A DNA stretch of 32,000 bases from the NCBI GenBank assembly GCA_011364965.1, contig RDOB01000001.1, positions 129,368 to 161,367 on the forward strand, read 5' to 3'. Both the position numbers and the translations under genes were made by a program. The notes under the pieces are model-generated. The model was not told the origin of the DNA, made no database searches, and saw only the letters and a program-made list of their open reading frames with translations. Positions 24,934 through 32,000 of the stretch are shown piece by piece (within the stretch, counting starts at the first letter, position 1; the number at the start of each line of letters is the position of its first letter). The stretch comes from Candidatus Heimdallarchaeota archaeon. GTDB lineage: Archaea; Asgardarchaeota; Heimdallarchaeia; Hodarchaeales; Hodarchaeaceae.

Positions 24934-27129
24934 TTGAGAAATTTGGCAAAAGAAGTCGTTTTAAAAGTAGCGGAGGCAAGACAACGAGATGTCGGTCGAG
25001 GAAAAATCAGAATGGACGACATCAACATGCGAGAAATCGGTATCACGACTGGAGACGTTGTTGAAATTCGAGGAAGACAAAAAACTGGAGCTATAGCTTG
25101 GCCTGCTTATATTGAGGATCAAGGGGCTGGAATCGTGCGTATGGATGGAGTTATCAGACGAAATGCCAAAGTTTCCTTGGAGGAAAATGTTAGGATTAGA
25201 AAAGCTCAAATTAAAGTTGCAAAAACAGTCAATATAGCTCCCACTAGACAAATTTCTCTGGATTATGGATTTGAAGCATTTGTAAAGAGAAAATTATTGG
25301 GATATCCTGTCTCCAAGAATGATACTGTTTTAATTCCTATTTTGGGAAGATCGATTCCATTCGTAGTAAATTCTGTTACACCTGCAGATATTGTACTAAT
25401 TACTGATACAACAAAATTAAATGTCTCAGAAAAGCCTGTAGCGGAAACTGAGACAGGTATGCCTGGAGTGTCTTATGAGGACATTGGTGGACTGACTGAA
25501 GCTATTCAGCGAATAAGAGAAATGGTAGAATTACCATTAAAACATCCAGAACTCTTTAAAAAATTGGGAATAGACCCCCCCAAAGGAGTACTCCTACATG
25601 GCCCACCTGGCACAGGAAAAACTCTAATTGCTAAAGCAGTAGCCAATGAGTCAGAAGCTCATTTTATTCCAATCCAAGGCCCTGAAATCATGTCGAAGTT
25701 CTATGGAGAAAGCGAAGCAAGATTACGAGAGATTTTCAAAGAAGCTGAAGATAATGCCCCTAGTATTATTTTCATAGATGAAATTGACGCTATAGCTCCC
25801 AAACGAGAAGATGTAACAGGGGAAGTTGAAAGACGAGTTGTCGCGCAAATTCTAGCACTGATGGATGGACTTGAAAGTCGTGGAGAGACTATTGTTATAG
25901 GAGCAACAAATCGACCGAATGCAGTGGATCCTGCGCTCCGCCGGCCGGGCCGATTTGACCGAGAAATTGAGATTGGAGTTCCTGATAAGAACGAAAGACT
26001 CGAAATATTACAGATTCATACTCGTCGAATGCCAGGAATAGAGGATGTAGATATTGAAAAATTAGCTGTAATCACTCATGGTTTCGTTGGAGCAGATTTA
26101 GCAGCTCTAGGGAGAGAAGCAGCAATGAAAAAACTGCGTGAGATCTTACCGGAAATAAATCTAAGTGAAGACACCATCCCACCCTCAGTTTTAGATAATT
26201 TAAAAGTAGAAGATCGTCATTTTGAAGACGCGTTAAAAGAAATACACCCTTCTGCAATTCGAGAGGTATTCATTGAAGTCCCAAATGTAAAATGGGAAGA
26301 TATTGGGGGCATGGAGTTAATAAAACAAGAGCTTATTGAAATTGTGGAATGGCCTCTCAATAAAAAGGACGATTTTCGACGATTAGGTATTCACCCTCCG
26401 AGAGCTGTTCTATTGTTTGGAGCACCTGGAACAGGAAAGACATTATTGGCAAAAGCATTAGCAACGGAGAGTAAAGTGAACTTTATAAGTGTAAAAGGGC
26501 CTGAACTTTTATCTAAGTGGGTAGGAGAAAGTGAAAAAGCTGTTCGTGAGGTTTTTAGAAAAGCCCGAACAGCATCACCAGCTCTTGTCTTCTTCGATGA
26601 AATCGACGCAGTCGCAACAAGAAGGGGCTCTGGTGACTCCTCTGGAGTAAACGAGAGGGTTATAAGTCAATTGTTAACAGAACTCGCTGGTATTGAACCT
26701 TTACGAGATGTCGTAGTTCTAGCAGCTACAAACCGACCTGATATGATAGATCCGGCCCTTCTCAGACCTGGAAGATTTGATAGAGTTATTTATATACCTC
26801 CACCAGATGAGGAAAGCCGAAAATTAATATTAAAAATCCATACACATGATATGCCTTTAGCAAAGGACTTTGACCTTAACCGTTTAGCAAAAGAAACAGA
26901 ATATTATGTTGGCGCTGACCTTGAAGCTGTATGCAGAGAAGCTGGCATGATTGCTTTACGAGAAAATCTAGATGCTAAATTTGTGGAATGGAGACATTTT
27001 GAAACTGCATTATCAAGAGTTCATTCCTCTTGCACTCAAGAAATGATGAAATGGTATGAAACTCAAGAATCTCAATTTCGTAGAAGAATCGGAATTGATA
27101 CACAAAGAACTGTACCTTTATTTGGATAA
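24934..27129 (+). CDS. cdc48: CDC48/VCP/p97-type double AAA+ ATPase
   Basis: N-domain [20 protein letters not shown]1 Walker A is [15 protein letters not shown] and Walker B is [10 protein letters not shown]2 Walker A is [15 protein letters not shown] and Walker B is LVFFDEIDA. No in-frame ATG is available upstream, so the start is TTG at 24934 or TTG at 24943. Confidence 0.95.
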   Translation: MRNLAKEVVLKVAEARQRDVGRGKIRMDDINMREIGITTGDVVEIRGRQKTGAIAWPAYIEDQGAGIVRMDGVIRRNAKVSLEENVRIRKAQIKVAKTVNIAPTRQISLDYGFEAFVKRKLLGYPVSKNDTVLIPILGRSIPFVVNSVTPADIVLITDTTKLNVSEKPVAETETGMPGVSYEDIGGLTEAIQRIREMVELPLKHPELFKKLGIDPPKGVLLHGPPGTGKTLIAKAVANESEAHFIPIQGPEIMSKFYGESEARLREIFKEAEDNAPSIIFIDEIDAIAPKREDVTGEVERRVVAQILALMDGLESRGETIVIGATNRPNAVDPALRRPGRFDREIEIGVPDKNERLEILQIHTRRMPGIEDVDIEKLAVITHGFVGADLAALGREAAMKKLREILPEINLSEDTIPPSVLDNLKVEDRHFEDALKEIHPSAIREVFIEVPNVKWEDIGGMELIKQELIEIVEWPLNKKDDFRRLGIHPPRAVLLFGAPGTGKTLLAKALATESKVNFISVKGPELLSKWVGESEKAVREVFRKARTASPALVFFDEIDAVATRRGSGDSSGVNERVISQLLTELAGIEPLRDVVVLAATNRPDMIDPALLRPGRFDRVIYIPPPDEESRKLILKIHTHDMPLAKDFDLNRLAKETEYYVGADLEAVCREAGMIALRENLDAKFVEWRHFETALSRVHSSCTQEMMKWYETQESQFRRRIGIDTQRTVPLFG

Positions 27130-27326
27130 ATCAATGCTTTCTCGCAATCAAAAGATACCTAAATCCCTAAATCCTATATATGTAAAAGCATTAACGAAAA
27201 ACTCTTTAAAATATTGAAATTTCCTCCTAGTAAAGCAAAATGATCTAAATTTATTTCTTTTTAAATTTCTAAATAGAATTCTGATCCGAGTGACCAAATG
27301 AAGTATATACAGAATACAAAATAGTT

Positions 27327-27608
27327 GTGATCAACATGGCGACACAAAAATACCCATATTGGAGACCATTTCCCCTTATTTTTTCAGTTATGAATATTGT
27401 TGAAAGAAGAGAAGGTGTTCTTCTTGAAGATGATCTTATTCGATTACTAGAAAATGATATTGGTGAAGTTTCTGAAAGAGAGTTAAATCAGGCATTAATG
27501 AAACTGGAAATCAAGGGATTGATCCATGTTCAAATGATTAAAAAAAATCAACGTGTAATTAAACGAATAGGTGAAAATCAGAAATTCCTTGCTGTTGGGG
27601 AGGATTGA
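27327..27608 (+). CDS. small hypothetical protein, winged-helix-like
   Basis: 93-aa ORF with a GTG start at 27327 or ATG at 27336. wH-like segment SERELNQALMKLEIKGLIHV. No family recognised. Confidence 0.4.
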   Translation: MINMATQKYPYWRPFPLIFSVMNIVERREGVLLEDDLIRLLENDIGEVSERELNQALMKLEIKGLIHVQMIKKNQRVIKRIGENQKFLAVGED

Positions 27609-27621
27609 GTCCCGTAGGAGC

Positions 27622-28551
27622 TCATGTTAAATCTAATTTTTTCATTAGTTGACAAACTGGGCAGACTTCATGGGTCGAGATTTCCCCGCAATTTAGGCAA
27701 TAATGGGGAGGGTTTAATCGATTAGACTGTGGAAAATATTTGGAAATAGAATCGTGAGCATTAATAATGTTAATTAATGTACTTGGGCGCTTCAGTTCCA
27801 TTAACGATAAAAAATCTCTAATATCATTTCGCATTGCAGATTCTGCATAAGGACAGGGATAGGAATGATACTTTAGCTCCTCTGCTCGTGCATATAGCAC
27901 AATTTCGGGTTCAGATACACGGACAAAAGGTCTAACACGTGGAGGCATACCCTTGTATTTCTCAATCGGAGCTCGTGTTAATCTGATAAACTTTAAAGTG
28001 TCACCCCTCAATAAATTCATTATTATTGTCTGTGCTTCATCATCTAAATTATGAGCAGTGGCTATCTTTGTTACTCCAAGTTGTCGAGCTCGGATATTTA
28101 ACGCGCGTCTACGCAAAATCCCACAAATGGCGCATGGAGAGAAACTTCGATCTTTTATTATGCTTTTTTTCACGATTTGATCCAAATTCTCACCAAATGT
28201 TTCATTGAAAGAAATAATTTCATGAGGAATATCATATTTCATTGTTATATGTTTGGCTAAGGCAATTGAGTCTTCACGATATCCTTTTATTCCTTCGTCA
28301 ACGGAGATTGCTGTTATTTTACTTTTAGGAAATTGGATTAAGAGCTTATGAAGAATATGAATCAAAACCATACTATCCTTTCCCCCGGAAAGTCCCAGGC
28401 CAATATGATCGTTCGGGGAGAACATTTTATATTGAGTAATTGTTTTTCTTACCCGTTTTTCAAATAATTCCACGAAATGTGTTTTACAATATCTTTTTCT
28501 TGACCGTGAATCAAGTGTGTATGGTGGATTTTCGCAACATCTGGTTCTCAT
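27622..28551 (-). CDS. PP-loop ATPase of the Ncs6/Ctu1/TtuA tRNA 2-thiolation family
   Basis: PP-loop LGLSGGKDSMVL, CGILRRRAL, HNLDDEAQT, and N- and C-terminal Zn-finger Cys pairs (CLNCG...CPVC). Confidence 0.85.
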   Translation of the reverse strand: MRTRCCENPPYTLDSRSRKRYCKTHFVELFEKRVRKTITQYKMFSPNDHIGLGLSGGKDSMVLIHILHKLLIQFPKSKITAISVDEGIKGYREDSIALAKHITMKYDIPHEIISFNETFGENLDQIVKKSIIKDRSFSPCAICGILRRRALNIRARQLGVTKIATAHNLDDEAQTIIMNLLRGDTLKFIRLTRAPIEKYKGMPPRVRPFVRVSEPEIVLYARAEELKYHSYPCPYAESAMRNDIRDFLSLMELKRPSTLINIINAHDSISKYFPQSNRLNPPHYCLNCGEISTHEVCPVCQLMKKLDLT

Positions 28552-28558
28552 TTTTCTC

Positions 28559-28849
28559 TCATTTACTCAATGGTTTTTTCTCTATATTTACTAGAATCTT
28601 TGGGAGTAATTCATCGGTAATTTTTGTAGCATGAGCGATCGCTTCCTCTGCAACCTTTTGAACTTCTAAACCAGAAAGTGCAGAGAGTTCTACATATAAT
28701 TCAACTTCAATAATGATTTCGTTTTCATCAGTTAGCTCCAAATTTATATCTATTAAATCGTGATCCAATTTTTTACCTAATTTCTTTTGCAGGAAACTGT
28801 GTACTTCTAGATAAACCTGATCAATTATTCTATCCAATTCATTACTCAT
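28559..28849 (-). CDS. small acidic conserved hypothetical protein (possibly DUF3194-like)
   Basis: 96-aa ORF tightly packed between the thiolase and prefoldin genes. The family assignment is from memory of the gene neighbourhood only. Confidence 0.45.
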   Translation of the reverse strand: MSNELDRIIDQVYLEVHSFLQKKLGKKLDHDLIDINLELTDENEIIIEVELYVELSALSGLEVQKVAEEAIAHATKITDELLPKILVNIEKKPLSK

Positions 28850-28898
28850 AAAAGAATCCCACTCTCCAACAATGATCGTGAAATAGAATCAAAAAGCA

Positions 28899-29267
28899 TT
28901 AGTTGGAATCCAGAGAAGGAGAATCACCTAGTTCTTGAGTGAGACGAGTTTGTAATTCCTCAAATCGCTTTACATTTTGGGACTCCTGAGAAGAAAAACT
29001 TTTCTGTTTAAGTTCTAACAACTCAGCTCTTTCAGTAAGCTCTTTAAGAACCTCACCTGCTTTTTTTGGGAACATTACTGAGCCAATGGTCTGCCAAACT
29101 TCTTTCTCTGGCTCGAGCTTTTGGAGTTCTTTTTTTGTCATCTGTATCTCAGAAAGTGCGCGATTAATTTCCCCTAATTGGATACGAATATTTTGAATGG
29201 TTTGTTCTAATTGTTGTAAACGCAAGACTTTTTCTTGTTGTGCTGGAGATAATTCACGATATGCCAT
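28899..29267 (-). CDS. pfdB: prefoldin subunit beta
   Basis: About 120 aa with two coiled-coil arms flanking a beta-hairpin region (VWQTIGSVMFPK). Position in the exosome superoperon fits. Confidence 0.75.
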   Translation of the reverse strand: MAYRELSPAQQEKVLRLQQLEQTIQNIRIQLGEINRALSEIQMTKKELQKLEPEKEVWQTIGSVMFPKKAGEVLKELTERAELLELKQKSFSSQESQNVKRFEELQTRLTQELGDSPSLDSN

Positions 29268-29285
29268 CTAAATTTCCTCTATTTT

Positions 29286-29594
29286 TTAATTTCCTCTATT
29301 TTTGCTCGATTTTTCAGAGTGGTTAAAAGTATGTTTTGATATAATTGCAACTGCTGTAGATACGGTTGATAACCATCTTAGCATAGAATTTGTACTCGCC
29401 TTAGCTGCAGTAAGGTCTTGAGCTCGAATCTGAATGATTAGCTTGTTGGATCGTAATTTCAATTGAACATTCGATCTATCAAAAGAGTGTTGTTGAATTT
29501 CTGGATAAAGAGCTTCAAATACAATACGTGATTCATCAGGGGTCTCAAAATGCACAGCTATTGTCATGTTAAATTTATCATTCATCTTAATCAC
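29286..29594 (-). CDS. pcc1: KEOPS complex subunit Pcc1
   Basis: About 100 aa. DLTAAKASTNSMLRWLSTV resembles the Pcc1 signature (...LRA..NS.LRW...). Its start overlaps the Brix stop by 8 nt. Confidence 0.65.
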   Translation of the reverse strand: MIKMNDKFNMTIAVHFETPDESRIVFEALYPEIQQHSFDRSNVQLKLRSNKLIIQIRAQDLTAAKASTNSMLRWLSTVSTAVAIISKHTFNHSEKSSKNRGN

Positions 29595-30144
29595 ATATGA
29601 TTCTAAACTGTAAGATGGGGTATGAAACCGTTTGATTGCTTTGGATCATCATTCCTTCAATTATATCTTTATTGTCTCTTTGAAAATAGAACATATTATG
29701 GAATTTTTCATTTTTATTAACTCTTGGTTCTATAATTGGTTCAAAGAGAAAAATGATTTTCTCTTTTATATTATTATTTATCTCTTGAGAGAACTTTAGA
29801 CGAATAGGAGCAGAAGTTAAGCGTATTTTTGAATCATGTGCTTTTAGAGTAATTATATTTGAGATCAATATTGTTGAGGTTATTTTTAACGTGTCTCGTG
29901 TAATAAAATAAGGGTTTACCTTGATTGTACCGTTTTCTTGAGTTTGATGTAAGATCAATAATACTTTGATTTCGTTGTTAAATGAATAATTTAACACCTG
30001 GTTTATATTAAGGGAACCACGGCTAATCATCACTGTATTCGGTAAACAAAGCTTTAATATTTTTGCAGTTCTACGTAAAAAATGAGTTGGATTACGGGAG
30101 GTAGTAATTAAGATATCAGTATTTACTTTCCTCTCTAGATCCAT
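29587..30144 (-). CDS. Brix-domain (Imp4-like) ribosome biogenesis protein
   Basis: ILITTSRNPTHFLRRTAKILKLCLPN is the typical Brix N-terminus. Size and operon position are conserved in archaea. Confidence 0.75.
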   Translation of the reverse strand: MDLERKVNTDILITTSRNPTHFLRRTAKILKLCLPNTVMISRGSLNINQVLNYSFNNEIKVLLILHQTQENGTIKVNPYFITRDTLKITSTILISNIITLKAHDSKIRLTSAPIRLKFSQEINNNIKEKIIFLFEPIIEPRVNKNEKFHNMFYFQRDNKDIIEGMMIQSNQTVSYPILQFRIICD

Positions 30145-30183
30145 GTGAAGTCATGCATTGAATGAAAATAGAATTAAAAAAGG

Positions 30184-30459
30184 TTAAGTTTCGGATTGAG
30201 AATCTAACCTTTTTGCTGTTCGTTGAGCGATTTTCCCTCCAGAAGTCTCGGGAGCCCATGAACCACCTGTAAAACGGTACCCACAGAATTTACACTGCCA
30301 GATTCCGATAGAAACACGGTTCACTTTGATTGAATTACAGGATGGGCAGGTGTGTTTCATTTTTAACGTTGCTTCTATCTTCCTTACTCTTTTACGAATA
30401 GTTGCTCCGTAACGTGTTCCAAAACGCCCAGTAGTTCCCACTTTCTTAGTACGTCCCAT
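30184..30459 (-). CDS. rpl37ae: 50S ribosomal protein eL43 (L37Ae)
   Basis: MGRTKKVGTTGRFGTRYGATIRKRV... with Zn ribbon CPSC...CKFCG. Confidence 0.9.
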   Translation of the reverse strand: MGRTKKVGTTGRFGTRYGATIRKRVRKIEATLKMKHTCPSCNSIKVNRVSIGIWQCKFCGYRFTGGSWAPETSGGKIAQRTAKRLDSQSET

Positions 30460-30509
30460 TTTATCTTCACTTAACCTTTATTTGAAACCTGTTAAATAAA
30501 AATCGATCT

Positions 30510-31361
30510 TCAGAAATCGAACTGAAACATTTCACCTTCATTAAGAAATGAGGATTCATCAATTATTTTGTTTAGTTCTTTAGCTCGGCTTGTTGCTTTT
30601 TCCAAGATCGTTATTATTTCTTCTTCAGAAAAAACTCCAGATTCACCTTTCTGCATCGAACAAATCATTCCATCATCAGCAATTCCTACGGAAAATCTTG
30701 CTATTTTTGCACGATCTTCCGCCAAACTTGGATCATAAAGAATGAAATCATCTATCTTGACATAAGTTAAACTCACGACACTTCCTTCTCTTGGAAGCGG
30801 ATCCATCTCTTCTAAAAGAATCGGTTCTTCGGTTTCTTCATTAATTTTAACTTTATTTATGCGAGTATTAGCAAGAGCGGCCATAGCAGCTAAAGCGGAA
30901 GCATCAATTAAGTTTCCTCCATCATCAAGAATATAGATATCTACAAATAAAATCCAGACTAATTTTCCAGGAATAATGCACATCTGTGGATGCATCATTG
31001 GGATGACATGACTTTCTCTGATTCCACGATCAACTACTCTTGCCATCTCTATAGCATCTGGGCCAGGGGGACCACTCTCGAAAGTAGGGGAGGAAATCGG
31101 GGATAATTCAAGATTCACTGTTATTACTCCTTGATTAGGAGTGTCTGGAAAAGGAGGTCCAACTGATGTTTTTACTCCTGCAACGACAACTGTATTTCCC
31201 CATTTTACCATTGCAGATCCTTCAGCTTTATGTATCACGTTCGGTATTATTTGAATAGAACGCCCCTCAAAGAACCCTCTATTATCTATCCTCTTACCTT
31301 TCTGTAATAAATCTGTCAGGTATCGCCTTTCAAGACTACCAACAATTTCTTCTGATCTCAT
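30510..31361 (-). CDS. rrp42: exosome complex component Rrp42 (RNase PH-like, inactive subunit)
   Basis: RNase PH-fold sequence (R.DGR...R...I..G....A.GSA-type pattern: RIDNRGFFEGRSIQIIPNVIHKAEGSAMV). Lies directly downstream of rrp41. Confidence 0.85.
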   Translation of the reverse strand: MRSEEIVGSLERRYLTDLLQKGKRIDNRGFFEGRSIQIIPNVIHKAEGSAMVKWGNTVVVAGVKTSVGPPFPDTPNQGVITVNLELSPISSPTFESGPPGPDAIEMARVVDRGIRESHVIPMMHPQMCIIPGKLVWILFVDIYILDDGGNLIDASALAAMAALANTRINKVKINEETEEPILLEEMDPLPREGSVVSLTYVKIDDFILYDPSLAEDRAKIARFSVGIADDGMICSMQKGESGVFSEEEIITILEKATSRAKELNKIIDESSFLNEGEMFQFDF

Positions 31362-31372
31362 TTTTATTCCAC

Positions 31373-32000
31373 CTATTCCTCTTCCTCATCTTCATCATAA
31401 GACTCAGCTATTTGCGAATATTTAGCTAAGAGGGCTCTTCTTTGCATTTGATATATCTTCCCGATCGCTTCTTTAGCCAGTTTTAGTCCTTCAGTTATTT
31501 CTTCAGCAGTAAATTTACCATCACACTGTAGCAGAGTAATTTCTCCTGTATTATAAACCATTGCGACGGGCATATCACCTTGTCCATCTTTATCTTCAAC
31601 ATCAGAAAGGTCTACAACTATTTTATCCTCAACTTTTCCCACTGCACAACCTGTAACCAAACCTTTCATTGGTATCCCAGCATCCGCAAGTCCTAATGAT
31701 GCAGCTGTTAAAGCAGCACATCGAGTACCTCCATCTGCGTCTAAAACAGTAATAAACACGTCAATTGTTCCGTTTGGGAACTTTTCAAGAAATAATATGT
31801 GATTAAGTGATTCTGTAATGATTTTACTCAATTCATATTCTCGTCTACGAGGAGCAGGACTCTTTCTTTCATTTACAGAAAAAGTAGCTAACCGATACTC
31901 TACACGTACGATAGCACGATCAGGCTGAGCTAAATGCTTAGGATGTAACTCTCTTGGTCCATATACTGCACAGAGAATTTTATTATTTCCCCATTTCAAA
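31373..32000 (-). CDS. rrp41: exosome complex exonuclease Rrp41 (N-terminus outside window)
   Basis: KWGNNKILCAVYGPRE..., DADGGTRCAALTAASLGLADAGIPM and an acidic C-terminal tail. The ORF is open to the window edge. Confidence 0.9.
   Translation of the reverse strand, partial: LKWGNNKILCAVYGPRELHPKHLAQPDRAIVRVEYRLATFSVNERKSPAPRRREYELSKIITESLNHILFLEKFPNGTIDVFITVLDADGGTRCAALTAASLGLADAGIPMKGLVTGCAVGKVEDKIVVDLSDVEDKDGQGDMPVAMVYNTGEITLLQCDGKFTAEEITEGLKLAKEAIGKIYQMQRRALLAKYSQIAESYDEDEEEE

Noticed and set aside
1-32000. CRISPR arrays, tandem repeats, IS elements and toxin-antitoxin pairs
   Set aside because: Reading the intergenic regions revealed no regularly spaced direct repeats, no terminal inverted repeats with a transposase, and no small paired ORFs of the TA type.

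Overview
This is an AT-rich (about one-third G+C by eye), tightly packed archaeal chromosomal segment. I count about 33 credible CDS, one tRNA-Val(CAC) and one rRNA locus. I saw no CRISPR array, transposase or integrase. Three gene blocks stand out. (i) 1-10.5 kb holds housekeeping and repair genes: a radical SAM AmmeMemoRadiSam-type enzyme, a JAMM/MPN protease, a beta-CASP RNase, NfeD, a MutS-family ATPase, a strikingly eukaryote-like SNM1/Artemis-type nuclease, MptE plus a PTPS pterin pair, and TrxB. (ii) 11-21.5 kb is an accessory-looking envelope block. It contains a HerA/FtsK-like ATPase and a large polytopic membrane protein that are convergent and share a Roadblock/longin-like C-terminal module. 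It also contains two paralogous secreted N-glycosylation-sequon-rich proteins with C-terminal anchor signals (one PGF-CTERM-like) and a membrane-anchored double-wHTH regulator. (iii) 21.7-32 kb holds a HIT protein, a class III signal peptide pilin, a stand-alone Roadblock/LC7 protein, a Zn-ribbon plus aEF-1beta pair, CDC48, an Ncs6/TtuA thiolase, and the archaeal exosome superoperon tail (prefoldin beta, Pcc1, Brix, eL43, Rrp42, Rrp41). The gene content fits an Asgard-like or other AT-rich archaeon, but that placement is inference only. The most unusual signal is the only G+C-rich non-coding island (about 7991-8199, minus strand). It carries every hallmark of 5S rRNA but in circularly permuted order. 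The 3' two-thirds come first, helix I is closed by a hexaloop, and the 5' third comes last. The new termini sit at the helix III AA bulge and are held by a leader-trailer helix. The locus has its own TATA box and oligo-T terminator.
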